Source of the DNA: Moraxellaceae bacterium
GTDB taxonomy: Bacteria > Pseudomonadota > Gammaproteobacteria > Pseudomonadales > Moraxellaceae
Reading direction: 5' to 3'
DNA: 34,127 bases
Assembly: GCA_036795935.1 (NCBI GenBank)
Contig: DAIRDY010000001.1
Span: forward strand, 1 to 34,127
In this document: piece after piece, positions 1-12,118 of the stretch
Layout: each line of letters opens with the position of its first letter
Position numbering within the stretch: position 1 is the stretch's first letter
Made by a program: the position numbers and the translations under genes
The notes under the pieces: generated by a model
Told to the model about the DNA's origin: nothing
The model's database searches: none
What the model saw: the letters and a program-made list of their open reading frames with translations, nothing else

Positions 1-51
1 CTGCAGCGTGCGCGGTCGCCCGTGGCGACGGCTCAGCAGAATGATGTTCAT
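1..51 (-). CDS. 5' end (17 codons) of an unidentified CDS that runs off the left edge. It may be the M23-type peptidase gene found here in Pseudomonas-like synteny.
   Basis: ATG at 51..49 on the reverse strand, then an open frame MNIILLSRRHGRPRTLQ to the edge. It is divergent from the DUF721 gene. It is too short to identify by sequence. Confidence 0.3.
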   Translation of the reverse strand, partial: MNIILLSRRHGRPRTLQ

Positions 52-146
52 GGTCTTCCCATCCGCTTTCTTGTTGGTGGCACGGGTATACTGACGGCCC
101 TACCCGGCAGACAGCGAAACGTCCGGTTCGGCCCGGACAGCCCATC

Positions 147-641
147 ATGGCCAAACGCCTCGAAAAGCCATCAGCCCTGAATGAAATCCTTGTGACTGGC
201 GCCCTGTCCGGACTCCGGCAGCGCACGGAGCAACTGCAGCGGCTGGACGACATACTCACGCTTTACCTGGACCGCAACCTGCAGTCACTGGTCCGGGTGG
301 CCGGCTACGCCGACGGCACCCTGACCCTGGCCTGCGGCAACAGCAGCCTCGCGGGCCAGCTGCGCTATCTTAGCCGCATATATATGCAGCAGTTGCGCCA
401 ACATTCCGAGTTCTGTGCACTCGGCCGCATTCGCGTTGTGAGTGAAATGGCAAGACCGGCATCTGCCCCTGCCGTGGAGCGCCCCCTGCCGCGACTGAGC
501 GCGGAGACCGGCGCCCTGCTGGCCGAACTGGCCGACTCGCTTGAGGGGGGCGAGGTTAGCGAAGCCCTGCGCCGCCTGGCAAGGCATGCCATGACGGGCG
601 GTACAAAGACCATACAGAAGGAAAAGGATATAAAAGGCTGA
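147..641 (+). CDS. DUF721 / DciA-like protein (putative replicative helicase operator)
   Basis: ATG-initiated 164-aa ORF. The core segment (VRVAGYADGTLTLACGNSSLAGQLRYLSRIYMQQL) fits my recollection of the DUF721 pattern, and the position next to lpxC is as in other gammaproteobacteria. The family call is from memory, not a search. Confidence 0.6.
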   Translation: MAKRLEKPSALNEILVTGALSGLRQRTEQLQRLDDILTLYLDRNLQSLVRVAGYADGTLTLACGNSSLAGQLRYLSRIYMQQLRQHSEFCALGRIRVVSEMARPASAPAVERPLPRLSAETGALLAELADSLEGGEVSEALRRLARHAMTGGTKTIQKEKDIKG

Positions 642-644
642 TTT

Positions 645-1553
645 TTATGCCTTTTGAGCCCTGATATAGGAGATCGGGGCGGTCGACTCATCCTCGAAGC
701 TCACCACCTCCCAGGCATCCGGCTGCTCAAGCAGGGCGCGCAGCAACTGGTTGTTCAGGCCGTGTCCGGACTTGTAGCCCTGATACTCGCCAAGAATGCC
801 GTAGCCCAGCAGGTAGAGGTCGCCGATGGCATCCAGCATCTTGTGCCGGACGAACTCGTCCTCATAGCGCAGGCCCTCGGCATTCATCACCCCGTCATCA
901 CCGACGACGATCGCATTTTCCATGCTCCCGCCCAGCGCCAGGTTCTTCGAGCGCAGGTACTCGATGTCGCGCATGAAGCCGAAGGTACGGGCGCGACTCA
1001 CTTCCTTTACATAGGCCGTGGTCGAGAAGTCGACCTCGGCGTACTTGTGGTCGTCGTGAAAGGCAGGGTGGTCGAAGTCGATGGTGAAGCAGAGCTTGAA
1101 GCCGTCATACGGCTCGAAAGCCGCAATCTTGTCGCCATCGCGGACCTCGACCCGGCGCCTGATGCGGGCAAAGCGCTTGGGCGCGTCCTGCTCCACGATG
1201 CCGGCGGCCTGGATCAGGAACACGAAGGGGCCGGCGCTGCCATCCATGATCGGGATCTCGCCGGCAGTGACCTCGATGAGGGCATTGTCGATGCCGAGGC
1301 CGGCCAGTGCCGACATCAGGTGCTCGACCGTCGAGAGACGCACCTCACCCTGCACCAGGCTGGTGGCCATGGCAGTATCACGCACCATCAGGGCCTGCGC
1401 GGGAAGGTCCACGGGCGGGTCAAGATCGGTACGGCGGAAGACGATACCGCTGTCGGCCGGTGCCGGCTTCAGCGTGAGGAAGATCTTCTCCCCGCTGTGC
1501 AGGCCGACGCCGCTGGCGCGGATGGGGTGTTTGACGGTGCGCTGTCGCAACAT
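645..1553 (-). CDS. lpxC: UDP-3-O-acyl-N-acetylglucosamine deacetylase
   Basis: The N-terminus [24 protein letters not shown] matches the canonical LpxC start (E. coli [21 protein letters not shown]). The start was moved to the internal ATG at 1553, residue 17 of the ORF track. The gene follows ftsZ as in dcw clusters. Confidence 0.95.
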   Translation of the reverse strand: MLRQRTVKHPIRASGVGLHSGEKIFLTLKPAPADSGIVFRRTDLDPPVDLPAQALMVRDTAMATSLVQGEVRLSTVEHLMSALAGLGIDNALIEVTAGEIPIMDGSAGPFVFLIQAAGIVEQDAPKRFARIRRRVEVRDGDKIAAFEPYDGFKLCFTIDFDHPAFHDDHKYAEVDFSTTAYVKEVSRARTFGFMRDIEYLRSKNLALGGSMENAIVVGDDGVMNAEGLRYEDEFVRHKMLDAIGDLYLLGYGILGEYQGYKSGHGLNNQLLRALLEQPDAWEVVSFEDESTAPISYIRAQKA

Positions 1554-1673
1554 GTGACAAATTATTTCAGCAGAAAAGGGGGGCGATGGTAGCAGAGGCA
1601 ACCGTGCCCGTAACCCGCGCGCACGGCCACCCCGACCGGGAGAGAGACGGTCGGGATGGCCGGCGGCAGGACA

Positions 1674-2861
1674 TCAGTCGGCCTGGCGGCGGAGGAAGGC
1701 CGGGATGTTGAGCAGGGCGGCATCCGCCTGGCGGGGTGCGGTCCCGCCATTGGCCGTCTTCTGGTGACGCAGGTAGGCCGGGGTGTCGTAGTCCTGGCCC
1801 GCGGCCATCGCCGGCACTGCCGTCGCCGCGGCCGGCTGGCTGGCCGGCATCGCGGCGGCGGACTGCCCCGGCACCAGCTTCATGCTGGCCTTGGCCGTCC
1901 TCGACAGGCCGGTGGCGACCACGGTCACCCGCATCTCGTCGCCCAGGTCCTCGTCGAGGATGGAACCGATCACGACAGTGGCCTCGGGCGAGGAGAACTC
2001 GTTGATGATCTCGCCCACCGTGCTGAACTCGCTCATGCGCATGTCCGGGCCGGCAGCGATCGACACCAGCACGCCACGTGCGCCCTGCAGGTTGATGTCG
2101 TCGAGCAGCGGGCTGTGGATGGCCATCTCGGCGGCGATGCGCGCGCGGTCTTCACCCTTGGCCGAACCGGTACCCATCATCGCAAGGCCCTGCTCGGACA
2201 TCACGGTGCGCACGTCGGCAAAGTCGACGTTGATCAGGCCCGGGCGCTGGATCATGTCGGCAATGCCCTGCACCGCATTCTTCAGCACGTTGTTGGCAGC
2301 ACGGAAGGCCTCCATCATGGTCACGTCGCCCAGCACCTTGAGCAGGCGATCGTTGGGGATGGTGATCAGCGAGTCGACATACTGCGACAGGTTTTCGATG
2401 CCGGACTCGGCCACCGCCATGCGCTTCTTCTGTTCGAAGCTGAAGGGCTTGGTCACCACGCCAACGGTGAGGATGCCCATCTCCTTGGCCACCTCCGCCA
2501 CCACCGGCGCACCACCGGTACCGGTGCCGCCACCCATGCCGGCGGTGATGAACACCATGTCGGCACCCTGCAGCGCATCGCGGATGCGATCGCGATCCTC
2601 CACCGCGGCCTGACGGCCGACTTCCGGATTGGCACCAGCCCCCAGGCCACGGGTCACGCCCGCGCCCAACTGCAGGTGGGTGCGGGCCTGCATGCGCTTC
2701 AGCGCCTGCAGGTCGGTGTTGGCGCAGATGAACTCCACACCCTCCACCTGACTGGCAACCATGTGCTCGACCGCGTTGCCGCCGCCGCCGCCCACGCCCA
2801 CCACCTTGATCACGGCATTGCCGTGTTCGCTCATGCTGTCCGCCAGCTCGAAAAGACTCAT
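1674..2861 (-). CDS. ftsZ: Cell division GTPase FtsZ
   Basis: Tubulin signature GGGTGTG, the segment [15 protein letters not shown], and the conserved C-terminal peptide [12 protein letters not shown]. An SD AAAGGAGAG lies 5-6 nt upstream of the ATG. Confidence 0.98.
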   Translation of the reverse strand: MSLFELADSMSEHGNAVIKVVGVGGGGGNAVEHMVASQVEGVEFICANTDLQALKRMQARTHLQLGAGVTRGLGAGANPEVGRQAAVEDRDRIRDALQGADMVFITAGMGGGTGTGGAPVVAEVAKEMGILTVGVVTKPFSFEQKKRMAVAESGIENLSQYVDSLITIPNDRLLKVLGDVTMMEAFRAANNVLKNAVQGIADMIQRPGLINVDFADVRTVMSEQGLAMMGTGSAKGEDRARIAAEMAIHSPLLDDINLQGARGVLVSIAAGPDMRMSEFSTVGEIINEFSSPEATVVIGSILDEDLGDEMRVTVVATGLSRTAKASMKLVPGQSAAAMPASQPAAATAVPAMAAGQDYDTPAYLRHQKTANGGTAPRQADAALLNIPAFLRRQAD

Positions 2862-2889
2862 GTCACTCTCCTTTGTTCAAAACGTTGCA

Positions 2890-2913
2890 CTGCTGCTGTT
2901 GCTGTTGTTGTTG
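2890..2913 (-). repeat. (CAR)8 triplet tract in the ftsA-ftsZ spacer (ftsZ leader). It can also be read as seven consecutive A-R-N triplets.
   Basis: The minus strand reads CAACAACAACAGCAACAGCAGCAG. It sits directly 3' of a 7-bp hairpin (2914..2934, CCGGGTG/CACCCGG) that follows the ftsA stop. An in-frame TGA separates it from the ftsZ ATG, so it is non-coding for ftsZ. Confidence 0.9.
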
Positions 2914-2939
2914 CCGGGTGTTCCGCTCACCCGGCGGAT

Positions 2940-4190
2940 TCAGAAATTGCGGGCCAGCCATCCACGCACTTTCTGCATCACTTCTGCCACACCGGCTGCC
3001 TGCTTGCGCGCAGGCTGGCCGGACTGGTTTTCTTCCCACTGCTTCTTGCCGTAAAGCAGCAGGCCCACGCCGGTGGAATAGATCGGGTTGCGCAGCACTT
3101 CGCCCATGCCGCCGACACGCAGCGACTGCGGCATGCCGATGCGCACCGGCATGTGGAAAATCGATTCGGCCAGCGCGACCGCGCCTTCAATCTTGGCCGA
3201 ACCACCGGTCAGCACCACGCCGGCGGCGAGCTTGCCCAGGAAGCCGCTGCGCTCGAGCTCGGTCTGCACCAGCGAGAACAGTTCGTCATAGCGCGGCTCC
3301 ACCACCTCGGCCAGCGTCTGCCGCGACAGCTTGCGCGCCGGGCGGTCGCCCATGCCGGGCACATTGATGCTCTGCTCCGGGTCCACCATCTGCGCCACGG
3401 CGCAGGCGTACTTTGTCTTGATCTCGTCGGCATCCTGCGTCGGCGTGTGCAGCGCCATCGCGATGTCGTTGGTCACCTGGTCGCCGGCAATCGGGATCAC
3501 CGCGGTATGGCGGATGGCGCCCTTGCTGAACACGGCGATGTCGGTAGTGCCACCACCGATGTCCACCAGGCACACGCCATGCTCCTTCTCGTCCTCGGTA
3601 AGCACGGCATGGCTGGCCGCGAGCTGCTCCAGAATCATGTCGTCAATGTCGATGCCACAGCTGCGCACGCACTTCTCGAGGTTCTGCAGCGCATTCACCG
3701 AGCAGGTGACCAGATGCACATGGCCTTCGAGCCGTACGCCGGCCATGCCGAGCGGATCACGCACGTCGCCTTGGTCGTCGACCAGGAATTCCTGCGGCAG
3801 GATGTGCAGGATGCGCTGGTCGGTCGGGATCGGGCCCGACTTGGCCGCGTCGATCACGCGATCGATGTCCCCCTGCTGCACCTCACCTTCGCGGATCGCC
3901 ACCACGGCCTGTGAATTGCGGCCACCGATATGCGAACCGGCGATGCCGATATAGGCCGAATGGATCTTGCAGTCAGCCATGAGCTCGGCCTCGGCCACTG
4001 CGCCCTGGATGGACTGCACCGTCTGCTCGATGTTGACCACCACGCCCTTCTTCATGCCGCGCGAGGGCTTCATGCCGACACCGACGATCTCAAGCTCGCC
4101 ATCGGCGTTGATCTGGCCGACCAGCGTCACCACCTTGGCGGTGCCGACATCGATGCCGACAATCATCGGGTTGTTGCTTGCGCCTGCCAT
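2940..4190 (-). CDS. ftsA: Cell division protein FtsA (actin-like ATPase)
   Basis: MAGASNNPMIVGIDVGTAKV aligns with E. coli MIKATDRKLVVGLEIGTAKV. The start is set at the ATG at 4190 (residue 55 of the ORF), preceded by AAGGA. The gene lies between ftsQ and ftsZ. Confidence 0.95.
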   Translation of the reverse strand: MAGASNNPMIVGIDVGTAKVVTLVGQINADGELEIVGVGMKPSRGMKKGVVVNIEQTVQSIQGAVAEAELMADCKIHSAYIGIAGSHIGGRNSQAVVAIREGEVQQGDIDRVIDAAKSGPIPTDQRILHILPQEFLVDDQGDVRDPLGMAGVRLEGHVHLVTCSVNALQNLEKCVRSCGIDIDDMILEQLAASHAVLTEDEKEHGVCLVDIGGGTTDIAVFSKGAIRHTAVIPIAGDQVTNDIAMALHTPTQDADEIKTKYACAVAQMVDPEQSINVPGMGDRPARKLSRQTLAEVVEPRYDELFSLVQTELERSGFLGKLAAGVVLTGGSAKIEGAVALAESIFHMPVRIGMPQSLRVGGMGEVLRNPIYSTGVGLLLYGKKQWEENQSGQPARKQAAGVAEVMQKVRGWLARNF

Positions 4191-4257
4191 TTCGTCCTTA
4201 CCCGCTCCAGGATGTCCGCCACATGCGAGACATCCAAACCTGTTTGCTGCCTGTTGC

Positions 4258-5051
4258 TTACGTCCGCGCTGCCGCCGCGCCCTGTCCCGTCTTCCAGCCC
4301 ACTGCAACACCGTTGCGATAGCGCAGGTCAATACTGGCAATGCGTGCCGCATCGGGCTTCAGCTGGCGCTCGTACAGATAGGCAAAGCGCTGCAGCTTCT
4401 CCAGCGTGTCCGCCTGATCGACCACCAGCCGCACGCCGTTGTCGAGGCGCAGGAACCAGGTCATGCGCTCGGTCAGCTCCAGCTCGACAATGCGCATGCC
4501 GATGCCGCGCAGGATGCCGTTCATGGCGCGGTACTGCTCCATGACGTAAATACCCTTGCTCTGCGGCCCGAAGAGCACCGGCAACTCCGCCATGCCATCG
4601 GCCGACGCCGGCACGAAAAGATCACCGCGCGAACTCACCAGCGCCGTCTCGCCCCAGCGCGCCACGGGCTGCTTCTCGCGCAATTGAACGCGCAGGCCAT
4701 CCGGCCAGCGCCGGCTCACGCGCACCTCGTCCACCCAGGGCGAGGCCAGTGCCGCCTGCCGCACCGCCTCAAGGTCGACACTGAAGTAGCTGCCCTTGAC
4801 CACCGGTGCCAGACGTGCGGCCACGGCGGCACGATCGGTATGGCGCAACTCGCCCTCGACCTGCACCGACAGCAGCGGCCCTGTCGCCAGCAGGCGCTGG
4901 ATGCCAAGACCACCAGCAACCGCAAAACCGAGCGCCGCCATCGCCAGCAGCAACATGCTGGCCACGCGCAGCACACTGCCCGCCGGCAGCGACGGCAACA
5001 GCGGCGCTTCGGCAGCAACAGCAGCAGTGCGACGGGTAGCCTGCAACATCA

Positions 5052-5052
<1 letters not shown>
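4258..5052 (-). CDS. ftsQ: Cell division protein FtsQ
   Basis: Short cytoplasmic tail, one TM helix (VASMLLLAMAALGFAVAGGL), then POTRA-like LLSVQVEGELRHTDRAAV. Its position between ddl and ftsA fits, and the start overlaps the ddl stop (TGATG). Confidence 0.9.
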
Positions 5053-7419
<2,367 letters not shown>

Positions 7420-7423
<4 letters not shown>

Positions 7424-8502
7424 GCGTTTTCTCCAAGACAGGCAGCCACCACGCGCGCCGTCGCCTGCGGCTGGGCCAGGTCACGCGCCGCGGTGGCCAT
7501 GGCCAGCAGGCGATCGCGCACGAACAACGGCGACAGTGCCTCGGCCAGGCGTTCGGCCGTGAGCGTCGACTGCGCAAACAGCAACGCGGCACCGGCCTCG
7601 CTGAGATAGCGGCCATTGGCCGTCTGGTGGTCATCCACCGCATGCGGAAAGGGAATCAGCACGGCGCCGACACCGGCGGCCGCCAGTTCAGACACCGTGA
7701 GCGCGCCGGAACGGCAGATCACGAGATCGGCCCAGCCGTACATGGCCGCCATGTCATCGATGAAGGGCAGCACTTCAGCCGCGAGACCGACCGCGGCATA
7801 TTTCGCCACGGCCTTGTCCTGGTTGCGGCGGCCGGCCTGATGCCGGATCGTCAGCGGCTGCTGGCGGGCGAGCAACGCCAGTGCCTCCGGCACCAGCTCG
7901 TTGAGCGCGACCGCGCCCTGGCTGCCGCCCAGCACGAGAATGCGCAGCGCACCGTCACGCCCGGCAAAACGCTCGGCCGGCGCCGGCAGGGCGGCGATGT
8001 CGGCGCGCACGGGATTGCCGACACAATGCACCTTCGGTGCAGCAGGAAAGGCGCCGGGGAACGCCTCCAGTACCTGCGTCGCCATGCGCGCCAGCAGACG
8101 GTTGGTAAAGCCGGCGATGGCGTTCTGCTCGTGAATGAAAAGCGGCAGGCCGAGCAGGCGCGCCGCCACGCCCCCCGGGCCGGTGACATAGCCGCCCAGA
8201 CCGATCACGGCATCGGCCCGCACGGCACGCAACACACGCATGGCAGCCAGCACCGCACGCGCAACCTTGAACGGCGCCAGCAACAGACGGGCCAGCCCCT
8301 GCCCGCGCACGCCGCTGACGTCCAGATAGGTGATGGCAAAGCCGCGCGCAGGCACGAGGTCGGCCTCGATGCCGGCACGCGTGCCCAGCCAGTGAATGGC
8401 AATGCCGCGTGCACGCAGGGCTTCGGCCACCGCCAATGCCGGAAAGACATGGCCGCCGGTGCCGCCGGCCATCACCACCACGCTTTTCACCTCAGCGCGC
8501 AC
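7420..8502 (-). CDS. murG: Lipid II synthase MurG (UDP-GlcNAc transferase)
   Basis: [20 protein letters not shown] matches the MurG N-terminal motif. The GTG start at 8502 is preceded by GGGAGG at 5-nt spacing. It overlaps the ftsW 3' end by 11 nt. Confidence 0.95.
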
Positions 8503-9661
8503 GACGACCTCCCGCTGCGGCGGCGAACGCCGTGTTCTCGCTGTCGATGCGCAGCAGCAACGCCAGCATGGCGAACATCACGAGCAGGCTGGTGCCGCCA
8601 TAGCTCACCAGCGGCAGCGTCAGACCCTTGGTGGGGAAAAGCCCCATGTTCACACCCAGGTTCACAAGTGCCTGCACGCCGATCAGGCAGGACAGGCCAT
8701 AGGCACTGTAGGCGGCAAAGTAGCGCCCGCCGGCTTCGGCAACACGACCGATGGCCAGACCCGAGCGCACCAGCATCCAGAACAGCGCCAGCACGAGCAG
8801 CACGCCAGCCAGGCCGAACTCCTCGGCATAGACGGCAAACACGAAATCGGTATGCGCTTCCGGCAAATAGAAAAGTTTCTGCACGCTGTGGCCGAGCCCC
8901 ACGCCGAACCATTCGCCGCGACCAAAGGCAATCAGGCTCTGTGCGAGCTGGTAACCGGAATCGAACTGGTTGGCCCAAGGATCGGTAAAAGACAGCAGGC
9001 GCTTCATGCGATAGGGCTCCATCACCAGCGCCAGCGCCCCCATCACCAGCACGAAGCTGATCAGCGCAATGAACTGCAGCAAGGGCGTACCGGCGAGAAA
9101 GAGCATGGCCAGCACCGAAGCCACGATAACCATGCTGGCACCGAAGTCAGGCTCCAGCAGCAACAGCAGCACGGCCATGCCGACCACGAGCATCGGCTTG
9201 AGGAAGCCGGAAAGCTGCGAGCGGACCTCGTCCTGGCGGCGCACCAGATAGGCGCTGATGTAGGCCAGCACCGCGAGCTTGGCGAACTCGGAAGGCTGGA
9301 AGGTGAGCGGACCGAGGCCGATCCAGCGCATGCTGCCATTGATGCGGCGACCGATGCCGGGCACCAGCACCAGCACCAGCAGGACAAAGGCCACCCCGAG
9401 CAGCAGGCCGGAGCGGCGCTGCCAGAAATCCAGTGGCACGCGCAGCACGACGGCGGCAGCGACCAGACCCAGGCAGAGGTAGAACAGGTGGCGCTTCAGG
9501 AAAAAGAAGGCATCGCCATACTGCGTTTCCGCCACGCCCATCGACGCTGACGCCACCATCACGAGGCCGAGGCAGGCCAGCGCCCCTGCAGACAGCAGCA
9601 GCAGGTGGCGCGAGGTGACACCTTCGAAGAAAGTGGCCGCAGGCAGGGCGATCGCCTTCAT
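8492..9661 (-). CDS. ftsW: Peptidoglycan glycosyltransferase FtsW (SEDS family)
   Basis: Polytopic membrane protein with the SEDS motifs QPSEFAKL and TGLTLPLVSYGGTS. It lies between murD and murG. ATGA coupling to murD. Confidence 0.95.
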   Translation of the reverse strand: MKAIALPAATFFEGVTSRHLLLLSAGALACLGLVMVASASMGVAETQYGDAFFFLKRHLFYLCLGLVAAAVVLRVPLDFWQRRSGLLLGVAFVLLVLVLVPGIGRRINGSMRWIGLGPLTFQPSEFAKLAVLAYISAYLVRRQDEVRSQLSGFLKPMLVVGMAVLLLLLEPDFGASMVIVASVLAMLFLAGTPLLQFIALISFVLVMGALALVMEPYRMKRLLSFTDPWANQFDSGYQLAQSLIAFGRGEWFGVGLGHSVQKLFYLPEAHTDFVFAVYAEEFGLAGVLLVLALFWMLVRSGLAIGRVAEAGGRYFAAYSAYGLSCLIGVQALVNLGVNMGLFPTKGLTLPLVSYGGTSLLVMFAMLALLLRIDSENTAFAAAAGGRRAR

Positions 9662-11025
9662 GCGCCACCTCCGGCAAGCTGGTGCACGGCCGCGACGAAC
9701 TGATCGCCACGATCCTCGTAATGCTTGAACATGTCGAAGCTGGCGCAGGCGGGCGACAGCAGCACGGCGTCACCCGGTTGTGCCGCCTCGCGTGCCGCCA
9801 CCACAGCCTCACGCAACGTCGCCGCCATGACGCGCGGCACGGATGTCGCGACAGCATCGGCAATCTTGGGGCCGTCCTCGCCGATCAGCACCAGCAGGCG
9901 CGCATGGCGCGCAAGCGGCGCCGACAGCGGCGAAAAATCCTGACCTTTGCCGACACCGCCGGCGATCAGCACCAGCTTGCCGTCGATGGCAGCGCCGAGG
10001 CCGCTGATCGCTGCCAGGCTGGCACCGACATTGGTGCCCTTGGAGTCGTTGTACCAGGCCACGCCATCCTGCTCGTGCACCAGCTGGCAGCGGTGCGGCA
10101 GACCGGGAAACTCGCGCAGCGTGGCCAGCATGGCGTCCATTGGCAGGCCGACGGCAGCGCCGAGCGCAAGGCAGGCCAGCGCGTTGGCGATGTTGTGCTC
10201 GCCGCGGATCTTCATCTCGCGCACCGGCAACAAGGCGTCGCGGCCGGATGCCAGCCACTGCTCGCCGTCGCGCCGCAAAACGCCGAAATGACCAAGGTCG
10301 GGGGCATTGAGTCCGAAACTCGTGCCCGGCACGGCCGCATCGATCAGCGGCACCGTGAGCGCATCGTCACGGTTCACCACATAACGCTGGCAGTTGCGGA
10401 AAATGCGGTGCTTGGCGCGGTGGTAGTCCTGCATGGACGCATAGCGGTCCATGTGGTCTTCGCTGATATTGAGCACCACTGCCACGGCGGCGCGCAGGGC
10501 ATGGGTGGTTTCCAGCTGGAAGCTGGACAGCTCGAGCACGTACAGGGCCTGCTCGCCTTTCTCGCGCAGCATGTCCAGTACCGGCGTGCCGAGGTTGCCG
10601 CCAACGCCGACATCGATGCCGGCACGCGCGGCCATCAGGCCGACCAGCGTGGTCACCGTGCTTTTCGCATTGGAGCCGGTGATGGCAACGATGGGTGCAC
10701 TCACCTCGCGACAGAAGATGTCGATGTCGCCCACCAGCGGAATGCCGGCCGCGGCACAGGCGGCAAGCTCGGGCGTCTGCACCGACAGGCCGGGGCTCAC
10801 CACCACTTCACGGGCGCGCAGCAACAACTCGGCATCAAGGCCGCCCAGGCGGATCTCGACATCCGGAAACTCGGCACGCAGCTCGGGCAAGCCGGGAGGT
10901 GCATCACGCGTGTCGTTCACGGCGACGGGATAGCCCCGGCTTTTCAGGAAGCGCACGCAGGAAAGGCCGGTCTTCCCGAGACCGACCACCACCCGCAAAC
11001 CGTCGCGCTGTATGAGCTGCGTCAT
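9658..11025 (-). CDS. murD: UDP-N-acetylmuramoylalanine--D-glutamate ligase
   Basis: VVVGLGKTGLS Rossmann start, ITGSNAKSTVTT P-loop, Mur ligase architecture, and the expected dcw position. Confidence 0.95.
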   Translation of the reverse strand: MTQLIQRDGLRVVVGLGKTGLSCVRFLKSRGYPVAVNDTRDAPPGLPELRAEFPDVEIRLGGLDAELLLRAREVVVSPGLSVQTPELAACAAAGIPLVGDIDIFCREVSAPIVAITGSNAKSTVTTLVGLMAARAGIDVGVGGNLGTPVLDMLREKGEQALYVLELSSFQLETTHALRAAVAVVLNISEDHMDRYASMQDYHRAKHRIFRNCQRYVVNRDDALTVPLIDAAVPGTSFGLNAPDLGHFGVLRRDGEQWLASGRDALLPVREMKIRGEHNIANALACLALGAAVGLPMDAMLATLREFPGLPHRCQLVHEQDGVAWYNDSKGTNVGASLAAISGLGAAIDGKLVLIAGGVGKGQDFSPLSAPLARHARLLVLIGEDGPKIADAVATSVPRVMAATLREAVVAAREAAQPGDAVLLSPACASFDMFKHYEDRGDQFVAAVHQLAGGGA

Positions 11026-11032
11026 GTCATTC

Positions 11033-12115
11033 TCAGCGAATCTTCAGGGTTGCCAGCCCCGCCAGTACCAGCATGAAACTGATGATCCAGAAGCGGACCA
11101 CCACCTTGGTCTCGGGCCAGCCCTTGAGTTCGTAGTGGTGGTGAATCGGCGCCATGCGGAAGATTCGGCGGCCGGTGAGCTTGAACGAGCCCACCTGCAG
11201 CATCACCGACACGGTTTCCAGCACGAACACGCCACCCATGATGAAGAGCACGATCTCCTGGCGCACGATGACGGCGATGACGCCAAGCACGGCACCCAGC
11301 GCCAGCGCACCGACGTCACCCATGAACACCTGTGCCGGATAGGCGTTGAACCAGAGGAAGCCGAGGCCGGCACCGATGATGGAGCCGCAGATCACGATCA
11401 GCTCGCCGGAGCCTGCGACATAGGGAATGTGCAGGTAGCTGGCGAACTTGATGTTGCCGGAGAGATAGGCGAACACGGCGAGCGCACCGGCCACCATCAC
11501 CGTCGGCATGATGGCGAGGCCATCAAGGCCGTCGGTAAGGTTGACCGCATTGCTGGTGCCGACAATCACGAAGTAGGTGAGCACGATGAACAGCATGCCG
11601 AGCGGAATCACCGCATCCTTGAAGAAGGGCACGATGAGGCTGGTTTCCACCGGCGTCTTGGCATACCAGTACAGAAACACCGCGGCGCCGATGCCTGCCA
11701 CCGACTGCCACAGGTATTTCCAGCGTGCCGGCAAGCCGCGCGAGTTCTTTTCGACCACCTTGCGGTAGTCATCGACCCAGCCGACGGCACCGAACACCAC
11801 CATCACGGCCAGCACCACCCAGATATACGGATTCTTCAGGTTGGCCCAGAGCAGGGTGCTGACCGCAATGGCCACCAGGATCAGCGCTCCGCCCATGGTC
11901 GGCGTGCCCGACTTCACCAGATGCGACTGCGGACCGTCGGTGCGCACGGCCTGGCCGAACTTCATCACGCGCAGGCGCTCGATCATCCACGGCCCCCACC
12001 ACAACGAGAGCGCGAGCGCCGTCGCCACGCTGAGGATGGCGCGCAGGGTCAGGTAATTGAATACCAGGAATCCCTTGTGGTACTGCGCCAGGAAGTCGGC
12101 GAGCCAGAGCAGCAT
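11033..12115 (-). CDS. mraY: Phospho-N-acetylmuramoyl-pentapeptide transferase
   Basis: N-terminus [12 protein letters not shown], plus Kx[20 protein letters not shown] and [12 protein letters not shown] motifs typical of MraY. Confidence 0.97.
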   Translation of the reverse strand: MLLWLADFLAQYHKGFLVFNYLTLRAILSVATALALSLWWGPWMIERLRVMKFGQAVRTDGPQSHLVKSGTPTMGGALILVAIAVSTLLWANLKNPYIWVVLAVMVVFGAVGWVDDYRKVVEKNSRGLPARWKYLWQSVAGIGAAVFLYWYAKTPVETSLIVPFFKDAVIPLGMLFIVLTYFVIVGTSNAVNLTDGLDGLAIMPTVMVAGALAVFAYLSGNIKFASYLHIPYVAGSGELIVICGSIIGAGLGFLWFNAYPAQVFMGDVGALALGAVLGVIAVIVRQEIVLFIMGGVFVLETVSVMLQVGSFKLTGRRIFRMAPIHHHYELKGWPETKVVVRFWIISFMLVLAGLATLKIR

Positions 12116-12118
12116 GAA

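Noticed and set aside
1656-3914. A 752-aa plus-strand ORF. There are many similar long ORFs antisense to dcw and other genes, for example 3967..5352, 6020..7414, 7411..8988, 8396..9550, 9682..11076, 11012..12757, 14967..16721, 16466..18067, 24634..25941, 27827..29212 and 28911..30266.
   Set aside because: They are shadow ORFs, typical of GC-rich DNA. Each is exactly antisense to a gene with strong homolog-level identity. Their translations are low-complexity and rich in R, A, G and H, with no recognisable motifs.
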